In this document: positions 20,915 to 30,639 of the stretch, one piece after another
Position numbering within the stretch: position 1 is the first letter of the stretch
Layout of the letters: every line of letters starts with the position of its first letter
From: an uncultured Gammaproteobacteria bacterium
Lineage (GTDB): Bacteria > Patescibacteriota > Microgenomatia > UBA10105 > UBA927
Length of the DNA stretch: 64,000 bases
Assembly: GCA_964573695.1 (NCBI GenBank)
Contig: CAZNKB010000003.1
Location: forward strand, 36,815-100,814
Direction of reading: 5' to 3'
Notes under the pieces: model-generated
Seen by the model: the letters and a program-made list of their open reading frames with translations, nothing else
What the model was told of the DNA's origin: nothing
Database searches by the model: none
Position numbers and translations under genes: made by a program

Positions 20915-21796
20915 ATGAAAATATCGCCCCCTACTCTCTCGATTGTTACCCTGACTCGAAACCGGGCGAATCTTCTCTCGCTTAACCTCCAATCACTTAT
21001 CGGCCAACTATCCCAAAAAGACGAAATCATCATCATCGATAACGGCTCGACGGACAATACGGCATCGATACTTCGCACCTATGCCAAAAAACTACCGCTG
21101 CGAATCTACAAAATGTCCCGCGGAAAATATCCGCACCTCTACAACGCCGGGATCAGGCACGCGACAAAAGATATTATCGTATTTCTGGACGATGACTGTG
21201 TCGCCAGCCCCAACTATATCGAACGTATACGCCGCGCGCACGCAAAACGACCAAACGCTGCCATACAAGGCATGACGCACAGCATTCCGAAGGGCAACAT
21301 TTTCGCAGAAATCATGGGCGACCATTACAAGCACTTCATTAGCACCAATATGCTGGATCGTAGTCATCTTCGAATACTGGACAACAAAAACGCTTCCATA
21401 CCCAAAAAACTCATGATCTCCGTCGATGGATTTTGCGAGGACTTGGACTGCGGATCGGAAGATATCGAATTCGGCATCCGGCTCCGCTCGGGCGGGATAA
21501 ATATATTATTCGACCCGACGATAGTCGCCTACCACCATGAACGCACCACATACACCGACTTCGTCGCACAACACCTTCGGTTTGCCAAATGTGAAGGGCA
21601 TCTCGATAGATTACTTCCGCCTCATGAACGCATGGGGCTCGTCCGGTTTCCCAAGCTGAAACGACAGATTATGAGTGCCCTGGCTCGTGAATGGTCCTAT
21701 GTGCGATCAGCCAAGATAAAAGAGGCGCTGCTGTTGCCTTTCCTGTATCTGGTACTTGCATGTATCCGTATCTACGGGTACGCCAGCGGATTATGA
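20915..21796 (+). CDS. glycosyltransferase family 2
   Basis: TLSIVTLTRNR...IIIIDNGSTDNT...IIVFLDDDCV (GT-A DxD fold). Confidence 0.7.
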   Translation: MKISPPTLSIVTLTRNRANLLSLNLQSLIGQLSQKDEIIIIDNGSTDNTASILRTYAKKLPLRIYKMSRGKYPHLYNAGIRHATKDIIVFLDDDCVASPNYIERIRRAHAKRPNAAIQGMTHSIPKGNIFAEIMGDHYKHFISTNMLDRSHLRILDNKNASIPKKLMISVDGFCEDLDCGSEDIEFGIRLRSGGINILFDPTIVAYHHERTTYTDFVAQHLRFAKCEGHLDRLLPPHERMGLVRFPKLKRQIMSALAREWSYVRSAKIKEALLLPFLYLVLACIRIYGYASGL

Positions 21797-22668
21797 AAAG
21801 AAGACCCACACTCTCTATTATTACGGTGACGAAAAATCGGGCAGCACTTCTTAATCAAGCACTTGCCTCATTGGTCGGCCAATGTAAACGCGGCGATGAA
21901 ATCATCGTTGTCGACGCTTCAACCGATGAGACACCGGACATAGTGGCTTCGTATTCCAAAAAATTACCCCTGGTCTATATCCGGTTTCTCAAATCCGGAT
22001 ATCCGACCTTCTATAACAAAGGGGCAAAACAGGCAAAAGGTGACATCCTGGTTTTTTTTGATGACGACTGCCGCGCAACGCCCCGGTTTCTCGAACGAAT
22101 CCGTCGGGCACACGAGACCCACCCTGATTCGATCATTCAGGGGTTTTCCCGAAGCGAACCCAAAGGCAATCTCTATGTCGACATCATGGGCGACCATTAT
22201 GCAAATTGGTTGGAAGCGATGTCCTTGAAAGACAACACCCTCAAAGTCTTCGACAGCAAAAATGCGTCCATTCCCCGAGCCCTTTTTTGGAAATATGGCG
22301 GCTTATCACACACTATGCAACTGGGAAGCGAGGATATCGAATTGGGACTCAGATTACGACGCCACGGCATCAATATTTATCTTGACCGATCGATCGTCGT
22401 ATCACATCGCGAACGCACGACGCTCTGGGAATTCCTTGTGCAGCATCGTCGCTTCGCCGCCAGTGAAGGCCACCTGGACCGCGTCCTTCCGCGTTCTGAA
22501 CGTCTGGGTGTCATACCGTACAAAAAACTCATGCTGCATATCCGCAGCTTTCTCCGAAGAGAACGTCACGCCATTTCCCGGGGCAACATAAAAGATGCTG
22601 TCTTTCTTCTGTTTCTTTACGCCACTCTTGCATGGATCCGGGTTTGGGGGTACGCTTGGCACCGATGA
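21793..22668 (+). CDS. glycosyltransferase family 2 (paralogue of the preceding gene)
   Basis: TLSIITVTKNR...IIVVDASTDET...ILVFFDDDCRA. The start codon overlaps the upstream stop (ATGA at 21793). Confidence 0.7.
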   Translation: MKRRPTLSIITVTKNRAALLNQALASLVGQCKRGDEIIVVDASTDETPDIVASYSKKLPLVYIRFLKSGYPTFYNKGAKQAKGDILVFFDDDCRATPRFLERIRRAHETHPDSIIQGFSRSEPKGNLYVDIMGDHYANWLEAMSLKDNTLKVFDSKNASIPRALFWKYGGLSHTMQLGSEDIELGLRLRRHGINIYLDRSIVVSHRERTTLWEFLVQHRRFAASEGHLDRVLPRSERLGVIPYKKLMLHIRSFLRRERHAISRGNIKDAVFLLFLYATLAWIRVWGYAWHR

Positions 22669-23120
22669 GACCGGTCATTGGTATTATCACATCAAAGGGA
22701 GGACATCTTTATCAGATGTACCGGCTAAAAGACTGGTGGAGCCGCTATGACCGGTTCTGGGTGACGTTTCCGGGACAGGATTCCCAGTCGCTCCTTTCCC
22801 ATGAACGCGTATATCTTGGGTATTATCCCGAAACCCGAAATCTCATCAACGCATTCCGCCACATACGATTAGCGTGGCGTATCTTATTGCGCGAACGACC
22901 GACACTACTCATCAGCTGCGGGGCGGGAATCGCTCCCCCATTTTTTCTCGTCGCTAAGTTACTCCGTATACCGACAGTCTTTATAGAAGTCTTTGACCTG
23001 GTGAAGCACCCGAGTCTCACCGGCAAACTCGTGGAGCCTTTTGTAAATTACTTCCTCATCCAGCACCCGACGCAACGCAAATTCTATAAACACGCGCTCT
23101 ATAAAGGAGCGATTTTATGA
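22665..23120 (+). CDS. Alg14-like oligosaccharide-biosynthesis protein (membrane/acceptor-binding half of a split GT28-type transferase)
   Basis: The segment IGIITSKGGHLYQMYRL resembles the GSGGHTxEM motif. Size is ~150 aa. There is an ATGA overlap with the upstream gene. Confidence 0.6.
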   Translation: MRPVIGIITSKGGHLYQMYRLKDWWSRYDRFWVTFPGQDSQSLLSHERVYLGYYPETRNLINAFRHIRLAWRILLRERPTLLISCGAGIAPPFFLVAKLLRIPTVFIEVFDLVKHPSLTGKLVEPFVNYFLIQHPTQRKFYKHALYKGAIL

Positions 23121-23608
23121 TACTGATTTCCGTAGGCTCCACGCTGTTCCCGTTTCAGCGAATGACGACGCTGGTCGAGCATCTGGCACACGTGAGACCA
23201 AGAAACGAACGCATCATCTTTCAGTACGGCCATACCCAACCGCATTTTTTGGACCGTCACGTCGAGCCATACGCGTTTATCCCGCATGCGAGACTCATGC
23301 GGTACATGGTCAACGCACGGATTATCATCTGTCATGGCGGCCCGGGCACGATTTATCAGGCGCTGTCATTCGGTAAAATTCCCTGGGTCCTGCCACGCCA
23401 AAAGCGCTTCGGGGAACATCTCAACAATCATCAGGTAGATTTTGCCAAATTCATGGCCAGACATAAACTCATTCATATTATTACCCCAAAAACATCGATA
23501 ACGCGCATATGCATGACGGACAAATCGATTCCACCCATACGCAAAACCAACCGACAGTTGTCTGTATTTCTTGACTCGTTGCTTGGGGAAAACTCTGATA
23601 AACAGTGA
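23117..23608 (+). CDS. Alg13-like / Glyco_tran_28_C catalytic subunit
   Basis: MILISVGST...ARIIICHGGPGTIYQALSFGKIPWVLPR...HQVDFAKFM. It overlaps the Alg14-like gene by ATGA, and an AAGGAG RBS sits 8 nt upstream. Confidence 0.6.
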   Translation: MILISVGSTLFPFQRMTTLVEHLAHVRPRNERIIFQYGHTQPHFLDRHVEPYAFIPHARLMRYMVNARIIICHGGPGTIYQALSFGKIPWVLPRQKRFGEHLNNHQVDFAKFMARHKLIHIITPKTSITRICMTDKSIPPIRKTNRQLSVFLDSLLGENSDKQ

Positions 23609-23641
23609 GGGCCTAACTTATACTATAATTGAAGCTATCTT

Positions 23642-24658
23642 ATGCCGGGAAAAGACACATCTTCCATGCCAACCAGCGCGTTTATCGCGGTCACCATGCT
23701 TTGTAATTCACGGTGCATTCACTGTGACATCTGGAAAAACAAAGGCCTGGATTTTTTGCCCGTCGATATCTACCGCAAACTTCCTAAGACCCTGGAAATG
23801 GTCGACCTGACCGGAGGCGAGCCGTTTCTTCGGAGTGACATGCCGGAAATTGTAGCGGCGGTTCGCCAAACTTGTCCAAAAGCAAGAATTCTCATTACGA
23901 CAAACGGATTTCTTCCCGCCAAAATAAAAAAATACATCGCCGCAATTGTAAAACATGACCCGAACATCGCCTTCCGTCTCTCGCTCGACGGCTGGGGGTC
24001 TACCCACGAAAAAGTACGTGGCATTCCCGATGCGTTTGAAAAAGTCATGGAAACGATCACGATTCTCAAATCGGCGGGAGTTAACGATATCGGCCTCACT
24101 TTTACCCTCATGAAGATAAACCAGCACGAACTGAAAACCGTTTATGATTATTGCCGGAAAGAAAAATTATCGTTTTCACTAAACGTTGTTCACGATTCAC
24201 CCATTTACTTCGGCACCGGAAAAACATCCCTGCAGCCCAAACCCAAAGAGGTAAAGAAAGACTTTGAATATCTCTTTTCTCAGCAAATGAAAAGCATCAA
24301 CCCGAAAGACTGGGGCAAAGCATGGTTCAACCGCTATTCGTATGAATACATGCTGCATCACAAACGCCCTCTCCCCTGCGGAGCAGGAGAAAACTTCTTC
24401 TATATGGATCCGTTTGCAAATGTTTTTATGTGCCAGATAAAGAATTGGCCTATTGGTAACTTACGAAAACAATCTTTTGAACAAATTTGGTATTCTAACC
24501 CAAAACAAAAATTTCTGGGTCCAGCCCACGCCTGCAACGACTGCTGGATCGTGTGTACGGCAAAAGACGCGATCAAAAAAAATAAACTCCGGGTAGCCGG
24601 CGACATTGTCGGTCTTATGTCCACCGGTAAACCATTATTTACCCCGATCAGTTCATGA
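23642..24658 (+). CDS. radical SAM enzyme with C-terminal SPASM/twitch-like Cys cluster
   Basis: CNSRCIHC (CX3CX2C) lies near the N-terminus. C-terminal Cys residues occur in CGAGENF...FMCQ...AHACNDCWIVC. Confidence 0.65.
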   Translation: MPGKDTSSMPTSAFIAVTMLCNSRCIHCDIWKNKGLDFLPVDIYRKLPKTLEMVDLTGGEPFLRSDMPEIVAAVRQTCPKARILITTNGFLPAKIKKYIAAIVKHDPNIAFRLSLDGWGSTHEKVRGIPDAFEKVMETITILKSAGVNDIGLTFTLMKINQHELKTVYDYCRKEKLSFSLNVVHDSPIYFGTGKTSLQPKPKEVKKDFEYLFSQQMKSINPKDWGKAWFNRYSYEYMLHHKRPLPCGAGENFFYMDPFANVFMCQIKNWPIGNLRKQSFEQIWYSNPKQKFLGPAHACNDCWIVCTAKDAIKKNKLRVAGDIVGLMSTGKPLFTPISS

Positions 24659-25560
24659 AAAACAATCCGCTATCCATAAGCGTCGTGATTCTCACGAATG
24701 ACCGTCCTCATCTTTTGAAAAAGGCGCTCATGTCGATCAAACGGCAGACTACCAAACCCATAGAAGTCGTGACGGTTGACGATTCTTCTGTTCTTCACAA
24801 AGAAACCGTTGCCGTGATCAAGGCCTATACCAATGCGCTTCCCATTATCAAGCGTAATACCGAGCATTCGATATCGTACGGCAGGTCTATCGGCATGAAA
24901 TCATCTCACGGAGATATTATTGTCTATCTGGACGATGATTGCGAGGCAAAACGCACGTATCTTACGAAATTCCGTAACCATTTCCACGAAGACCCGAGCC
25001 TTACGGCCGTGATCGGCCGGATCATAAACGGCCTTCCTGACAACGTGTACGCCTCCACACAGTACGCATATTATGACCGAGGACTCCGACGCTTTTTCCC
25101 GACTCTCAACCACGTAGCACCTCTTACATGGGGAAGAATTTTGGACTGTGAGGTTATGGGTATCCGAAGGGCAACACTCAAAGCATTCGGGTTTCCGGAT
25201 CGAAACAGGCTATACCGAAACGATGACGTCGAGTTGGGCCTGCGACTTACCAAAGCCGGAGAACACGTTATCTTTGACCCGTCCATACAAGCAACCGCGT
25301 ATCCGAGGACATCACTTATCCCGCTGTGGATCGCGGCATTTTGGAATGGATACTCAGACGCCTGCACCGCAGATCTTTATCACGTCAATCTTCGTGCGGC
25401 TCCGTACCCGTCATTTTTTCTAACCTGGTTTATCGGTGAAATACGGTCAAAAAAAAGTTATTCCTGGTTTAAAAAGCTTTATTACGCATTACTCTTGCTT
25501 TCCTTCCCTACCGTATCGAGAATCGGTAAGTTATGGTATCACGTACGGAAAATTTCATGA
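24655..25560 (+). CDS. glycosyltransferase family 2
   Basis: ISVVILTNDRP...VVTVDDSS...IIVYLDDDCEA. ATGA overlap with the radical SAM gene. Confidence 0.65.
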   Translation: MKNNPLSISVVILTNDRPHLLKKALMSIKRQTTKPIEVVTVDDSSVLHKETVAVIKAYTNALPIIKRNTEHSISYGRSIGMKSSHGDIIVYLDDDCEAKRTYLTKFRNHFHEDPSLTAVIGRIINGLPDNVYASTQYAYYDRGLRRFFPTLNHVAPLTWGRILDCEVMGIRRATLKAFGFPDRNRLYRNDDVELGLRLTKAGEHVIFDPSIQATAYPRTSLIPLWIAAFWNGYSDACTADLYHVNLRAAPYPSFFLTWFIGEIRSKKSYSWFKKLYYALLLLSFPTVSRIGKLWYHVRKIS

Positions 25561-26666
25561 AAATCGCAATCATAAACGACACGCTTGACGAATTCGGCGG
25601 CGCCGAACGTGTAGCGCTCACCATGCTCCGGATGTTTCCCGATGCAGATTTCTTCACGTCATTTGCGAACAAAAAGATCGTACAAAATTTCTTTACCAGA
25701 TTAACGCCGCACATCCACACCCCATGGCAAATACTCTCATTTGTCGCCACACATCGTTCTCTTATGCAGCTGATCTCACCGTTTCTGTGGGGACACTGGG
25801 ACCTATCCCGATATGATTTGGTACTGTCAAACCCAAGCAACCTCATGTGTAATATGGTCTCAGTCAAACGCGGAGCACATATCCAATATATTCACACGAT
25901 ACCCAAAAACCTTTTTGGACTACTCCCGAAAACCCCGCTGCAACGACTTATCGGGTACGACGCATCGATCGCACCAAAATATCGCATGGCGATTTCTAAC
26001 ACGCCACACATTCTGACCAGTTCACGGCATATGCAGCAGACGATCAATCGTCTTTTCGGCATCACGGCTCACGTTTTACCCCCTCCGGTACATATTCCAA
26101 TCAATAAACCGATACGGAAAAAGCCGGAATTTTATCTGTGTGTATCCCGGCTTGACCGGGATAAGCATTTGGAGCTTGCGATACTGGCCTGCACGAAACT
26201 CGGGGTACCGCTACGCATCGTTGGGGTTACCAATGAACCGAGCTATGAAACGTATCTGCATAGCATTGCCGGCCCAACAATACAATTCATGGGTTACCGT
26301 TCCGACGAGGAAGTAAACTCGCTATATAAATCATCGTACGCGTTCCTGTTTCCCTCAAAACAAGAGGACTTCGGCATTGCTCCGCTCGAGGCGTTAGCAC
26401 ATGGTGTGCCGGTTATCGCCTTCTATGGTGGCGGACCCAAAGAAACGCTTAGAGAAGGAATAACCGGCACGTTTTTTCACAATCACACGGATACGAGTCT
26501 TTCCGAAGCGATCCGCCGCATAGAACGGAGGACATTTGATCCTGTTCTGCTTTATACGCATGCCAAAAAATATAGCGAGGCGGTATTCCAGAAACGGCTT
26601 CTTACCTATATACGCGAGGTCATGAGGCAAAAATCCGCTATTTCCCGACCGAGACAATCTCGGTGA
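25557..26666 (+). CDS. glycosyltransferase family 4 (GT-B, group 1)
   Basis: MKIAIINDTLDEFGGAERV...FLFPSKQEDFGIAPLEALAHGVPVIAF (EX7E motif). ATGA overlap with the upstream GT2. Confidence 0.7.
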   Translation: MKIAIINDTLDEFGGAERVALTMLRMFPDADFFTSFANKKIVQNFFTRLTPHIHTPWQILSFVATHRSLMQLISPFLWGHWDLSRYDLVLSNPSNLMCNMVSVKRGAHIQYIHTIPKNLFGLLPKTPLQRLIGYDASIAPKYRMAISNTPHILTSSRHMQQTINRLFGITAHVLPPPVHIPINKPIRKKPEFYLCVSRLDRDKHLELAILACTKLGVPLRIVGVTNEPSYETYLHSIAGPTIQFMGYRSDEEVNSLYKSSYAFLFPSKQEDFGIAPLEALAHGVPVIAFYGGGPKETLREGITGTFFHNHTDTSLSEAIRRIERRTFDPVLLYTHAKKYSEAVFQKRLLTYIREVMRQKSAISRPRQSR

Positions 26667-27507
26667 CACGGGGCTCGATATCTATCTTACCCAGGAATAA
26701 CGGAATGGGAAGATTTACTTTTATGGGAATTGAGTCGAGATAATACATCTGATTATCCACGATTTGCGTTGCTATCCGAAGCGTCAAAAATACATCCACC
26801 TTTCTCGGATGCTGTCGTTCATAAATATTGCCGTACTGATCAACAGTTGTAACGGATGCCGGACGTACCGTCTTTTCAAGCACCTCGGCAAGCAACACTC
26901 CGTCCGAATCCATAGCTTTGTCCCCTACGGAAATCGCATCTGCACTATAGCGGTCGACCCCGGTCGTCTCGTTAAACGGCTCATACAAAAATGGCCCTTC
27001 TAGTTTTAATTGCGCTTTTAGGGTTACGTATGTCGGGGGCTTCATATCCTGTGAGGGAACCATGACCAAAATTCCGTTTATGACCGTCGATTGGATCGTC
27101 AAACGCAACCAATCGCTCGATTGCAATACCATGCCTTCATATCGATATTGGTTTTTGCGTTTATTGTAGGAAGTGCGCAGGCGAAGCGTCACGAAAACGG
27201 TTTTTTTGTTCACATACGCAGACTCCACCCGTGGCTGATCAAACGAGGTTACTTTCACAACCTCTGCAGTCGTTCGTCCAAAGAGATCCGTTTCCTTCAT
27301 GCCCACCTTCACGGTGTTTGCACGTACGCCGCGCGGCGAACCGCCGTCCAGCCAAATCAGGTCTTTGTCTGCCAGTCGAAGGGTCACCAATACGTCAGTA
27401 GATTTGGGAGAAATAAAAATATAAATAAGGGCCGCGACGACCAACAACACTGAGATACCGAAGTACTCTATAAATCCGACTTTCCGCAACAAGGAACCGA
27501 TCTTCAT
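26638..27507 (-). CDS. hypothetical membrane-anchored protein (N-terminal TM, beta-rich extracytoplasmic domain)
   Basis: From an internal Met (MKIGSLLRKVGFIEYFGISVLLVVAALIYIF). Its start overlaps the stop of the upstream Wzy-like gene by 4 nt. Confidence 0.45.
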   Translation of the reverse strand: MKIGSLLRKVGFIEYFGISVLLVVAALIYIFISPKSTDVLVTLRLADKDLIWLDGGSPRGVRANTVKVGMKETDLFGRTTAEVVKVTSFDQPRVESAYVNKKTVFVTLRLRTSYNKRKNQYRYEGMVLQSSDWLRLTIQSTVINGILVMVPSQDMKPPTYVTLKAQLKLEGPFLYEPFNETTGVDRYSADAISVGDKAMDSDGVLLAEVLEKTVRPASVTTVDQYGNIYERQHPRKVDVFLTLRIATQIVDNQMYYLDSIPIKVNLPIPLFLGKIDIEPRVTEIVSVGK

Positions 27508-28985
27508 ACAGTGTCCGACAAGTATATCATAGTAAGTGACGTTAATAACGAGATATCGGGAAGAATCGGCTGCATAAATCCGTTCACAACCGAAGCGCAA
27601 TATGCGCATAGCAACGATACGCCAAATATTCTGGAAATCCGCGTTTTAGCGAGGCGAACGCGTATGATCACCCACGTAAATAGCGAAACCACGAGAAGGT
27701 AATACGGAAGTGCGCCGACGATACCCACTTCGATAAGTAACCGCAAAAATCCGTTGTGCACGGGCTCAGGGAAATAAAGCACCACGGATCGATTCGGCGC
27801 ATCAATATTCCAACTTCCATACCACTCGGAACGCAAATATTGTATATACACATCCATCTCAAGGCCTACACCGAAGTACAAATTCGGAGTGATGTCTTTG
27901 GTATATTCCTTAAGAAGCATCATGCGGGTTTCTAAACTCCCGTACTTCCCGCCGGAATACAACGTACTGATCAAACGCGGCAACATAATGACGCCCAGTC
28001 CTAAAATCGCCAGTGAGATCACGACGCGTTGTGTTTTTTTCAACGTGACGGCAAGAGATAATGGAGTATTCCATACAAATTTCATGACGGCATAAAACAC
28101 GGCAAACGCGACGGCAGCGCTTAACCATGCAGACCTGCTCATCGTCAATACCAATACGACGATACCGGCAAAAAAACTTGTAAACAGCAACACATCTTTC
28201 TTGCCAAATCGGTAAAACGCGGCGGGTAACGCGATAAACAGAGGGATAAGCAAGCCATGCGCGAGCGCGTTTGCATGCATATACGTTCCGGCATATCGGA
28301 GTATCCCACCGGCATCACGAGACAGATCGACCACAACGTAATTGACCAACGGTTCAATCACAAGACCTATGGATCCTCCCCGGAACACCTGACCCAATAC
28401 AATACCTAATTCAAAAAATAAACCACCACCGAGTATCACGAGCGCTGATACCATAGAAAACGAAGAAAACGTAGAAAAAAAATAATAAAGTATGAGCGGC
28501 CGTATCGTAAAAAGACTATGTAAAATAGATATGTCTGGTCTGACCGATCCAGCTAACGTTGAGAGAATCGTCGCCGCTGGATATGCAAATAGCAATAACT
28601 CTATGATTCGGTTTCGACGAACGGGCGTTTTACCCCTCACAGATTCCGCCACCAAAATAACCGCCATAAGAGCCACCACCATATCCCCAATCGACACGAT
28701 AACGTCGGCAGAAATGCCAAACGTTCGCCCGGTGATTCCGAGTTGCTGTGCAGAGATAAGATCGATGACAAACAGCTTACCGACGATAAGTGGCACGAGG
28801 GTAAGATATAGCGCCATGAATGCATGACGGAAATTATGAAACAGTCGCCAAAGTACAAAAAAATACAGACTGCAGAGAATAAACAGGACTATTTTGTGGG
28901 GAACCATGAGCGTCGCCCCATAAAATATAAGCGTTGAAAAAAGAAGTGTCCGATGCGGGAGTTTCATTTCAACCGATTCTATCAT
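27504..28985 (-). CDS. O-antigen ligase/polymerase-like (Wzy_C family) polytopic membrane protein
   Basis: Multi-TM protein with the VLVLTMSRSAWLSAAVAF signature. Start uncertain (28985, 28967 or 29171). Confidence 0.55.
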   Translation of the reverse strand: MIESVEMKLPHRTLLFSTLIFYGATLMVPHKIVLFILCSLYFFVLWRLFHNFRHAFMALYLTLVPLIVGKLFVIDLISAQQLGITGRTFGISADVIVSIGDMVVALMAVILVAESVRGKTPVRRNRIIELLLFAYPAATILSTLAGSVRPDISILHSLFTIRPLILYYFFSTFSSFSMVSALVILGGGLFFELGIVLGQVFRGGSIGLVIEPLVNYVVVDLSRDAGGILRYAGTYMHANALAHGLLIPLFIALPAAFYRFGKKDVLLFTSFFAGIVVLVLTMSRSAWLSAAVAFAVFYAVMKFVWNTPLSLAVTLKKTQRVVISLAILGLGVIMLPRLISTLYSGGKYGSLETRMMLLKEYTKDITPNLYFGVGLEMDVYIQYLRSEWYGSWNIDAPNRSVVLYFPEPVHNGFLRLLIEVGIVGALPYYLLVVSLFTWVIIRVRLAKTRISRIFGVSLLCAYCASVVNGFMQPILPDISLLTSLTMIYLSDTV

Positions 28986-29007
28986 AGAATGGGCCGGAGT
29001 CTTTTTT

Positions 29008-30000
29008 ATGCCAACACAACGAAAAATCCGGCAAACCCTCGGCATTATAGGGCTCGGATACTGGGGTGAAAAAATACTACGTGCGAGCATCTCACTTGGG
29101 CTACCGGTATTGGTTTGCGATACCGATCCGAAACGCGTACGCGCCATACAAAAGCTGTATCCCGGTGTCACTGTAGTACCTCACGCCGATATGTTGTTTA
29201 CAAATCCGGCAATTGACGTTTGCATCATAGCCACTCCTCCGCTTTCCCACTATGCGCTCGCAAAAAAGGCGCTTGACCACCGCAAACATGTCCTCGTCGA
29301 AAAACCGATGACATTAGACTCCAAGGAAGCCAAATCGCTCGTCGCACTCGCGCGTAGGAACAATCTGATTCTCATGGTAGATCATGTCTATTTGTTCTCC
29401 CCTATTGTCCACCAGGCAAAAAATCTCCTCGGGAGAGGTAACATCGGTCGCGTGCGAAGAATACATAGCATCCGCCACGTGGGACGCATACACCCCGGAA
29501 GCTCCGTGTTATGGGATTTGGCACCCCATGATATCGCACTATCTTCCTATCTTCTCAATGCATTTGTGCGTACAACACGTGCGCTTGCCGGCATGAACCT
29601 TCAAAATGGCGTACCCGGTGACGTCTTCTACGTGCTCACGTATGGATTAGACACACAAGTTATTTGTCATGTAAGTTGGAGCGCTCCGGTCAAAAAACGG
29701 TCTATGGAAATCATCGGCACCAAAGGCTCGATATTCTTGTCTTGGGAAAATGGTGAGGAATCTATCACCGCGTACAAATCCGACGCGTCAAAAAATACCA
29801 ACAGGATTAGTTTTGCCAAACGCTGCACTCCTCATAGAGAGCCGCTTCAGGCGCTTCTTATGCATATGCTCCGCGTCACAAAAAACCAAGAAAACGCTCT
29901 GATAAGCGGCGACCATGGCCTCAAGGTAACCCGTGTTATAGAAGCAATTCATCTGTCCCTCAAAAAAAACGGCACAGTAATCCGCCTGACAAACTCATAA
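29008..30000 (+). CDS. Gfo/Idh/MocA-family NAD(P)-dependent oxidoreductase (WbpB-like sugar dehydrogenase candidate)
   Basis: GIIGLGYWG Rossmann motif and HVLVEKPMTL (EKP motif). Confidence 0.7.
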   Translation: MPTQRKIRQTLGIIGLGYWGEKILRASISLGLPVLVCDTDPKRVRAIQKLYPGVTVVPHADMLFTNPAIDVCIIATPPLSHYALAKKALDHRKHVLVEKPMTLDSKEAKSLVALARRNNLILMVDHVYLFSPIVHQAKNLLGRGNIGRVRRIHSIRHVGRIHPGSSVLWDLAPHDIALSSYLLNAFVRTTRALAGMNLQNGVPGDVFYVLTYGLDTQVICHVSWSAPVKKRSMEIIGTKGSIFLSWENGEESITAYKSDASKNTNRISFAKRCTPHREPLQALLMHMLRVTKNQENALISGDHGLKVTRVIEAIHLSLKKNGTVIRLTNS

Positions 30001-30013
30001 CGATTCAAGTCTA

Positions 30014-30604
30014 CTAAGGAATGAGGTAATTTCCGATTACCCCGAGAGGATCATCGAAGAAATACAATAACCATTGCTGAAGCTTCCTGTTAGGGTACAA
30101 AAATGTCACTTTCTTTTGATAGATGCGGCCAAATAACGTGCGAATGGGGATTTCTTTTGGCTCATCGAGCTCGACACTTCCGGTATTTTTAAGGAGGCGC
30201 ACGGTAATAATTCTTCCTACATTATTTTCAACTTCGTCTAGCGAAATGGGAATCACCATCCGGGGATAATACCCCTCCACAAGGTACCCAGACGCCCCAA
30301 CAAGCAACAACCCCACATCCGTCTCAAGATACACCATGACAAAACCCGGATCTTTCAGACGAACGGATGCCAACTGTATAATCGAACTTCGCACCTGTGG
30401 AAATATGACAACGCGATTATACGGTGCTACCGCGATAATTAGCGCCATAATAAGACTTAAAATCATTCCTGACACGATAGCCCAAAGGATCGAACGACTC
30501 CACAAAAACACGGGTGTGGGTACAGTTTTTGCCTTCACTTGTGTGTCACCCTGGGTGAGTTGTGTCGTTTGCGGTATACTGGCTATAGAAGGCTTTGGCT
30601 CCAT
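30014..30604 (-). CDS. hypothetical membrane protein
   Basis: From internal Met MEPKPS. The TM is ILWAIVSGMILSLIMALIIAVAP. No recognisable domain. Confidence 0.4.
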   Translation of the reverse strand: MEPKPSIASIPQTTQLTQGDTQVKAKTVPTPVFLWSRSILWAIVSGMILSLIMALIIAVAPYNRVVIFPQVRSSIIQLASVRLKDPGFVMVYLETDVGLLLVGASGYLVEGYYPRMVIPISLDEVENNVGRIITVRLLKNTGSVELDEPKEIPIRTLFGRIYQKKVTFLYPNRKLQQWLLYFFDDPLGVIGNYLIP

Positions 30605-30639
30605 ACATCCATTGTAACCAAAGCCAACTAGAAACAACA

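Noticed and set aside
23708-24127. Minus-strand ORFs (139 and 113 aa) antisense to the radical SAM gene, considered as possible small RiPP precursor genes
   Set aside because: They fully overlap the radical SAM coding frame on the opposite strand and have no leader or core features. No stand-alone small ORF exists in the 33-nt gap upstream.
30591-30625. 8-bp stem hairpin (GGCTTTGG...CCAAAGCC, 19-nt loop) in the divergent region between the hypothetical membrane gene and the LRR gene
   Set aside because: Could be a chance palindrome spanning two start regions. It has no terminator context, so it is noted only as part of the ATTGTAAC motif observation.
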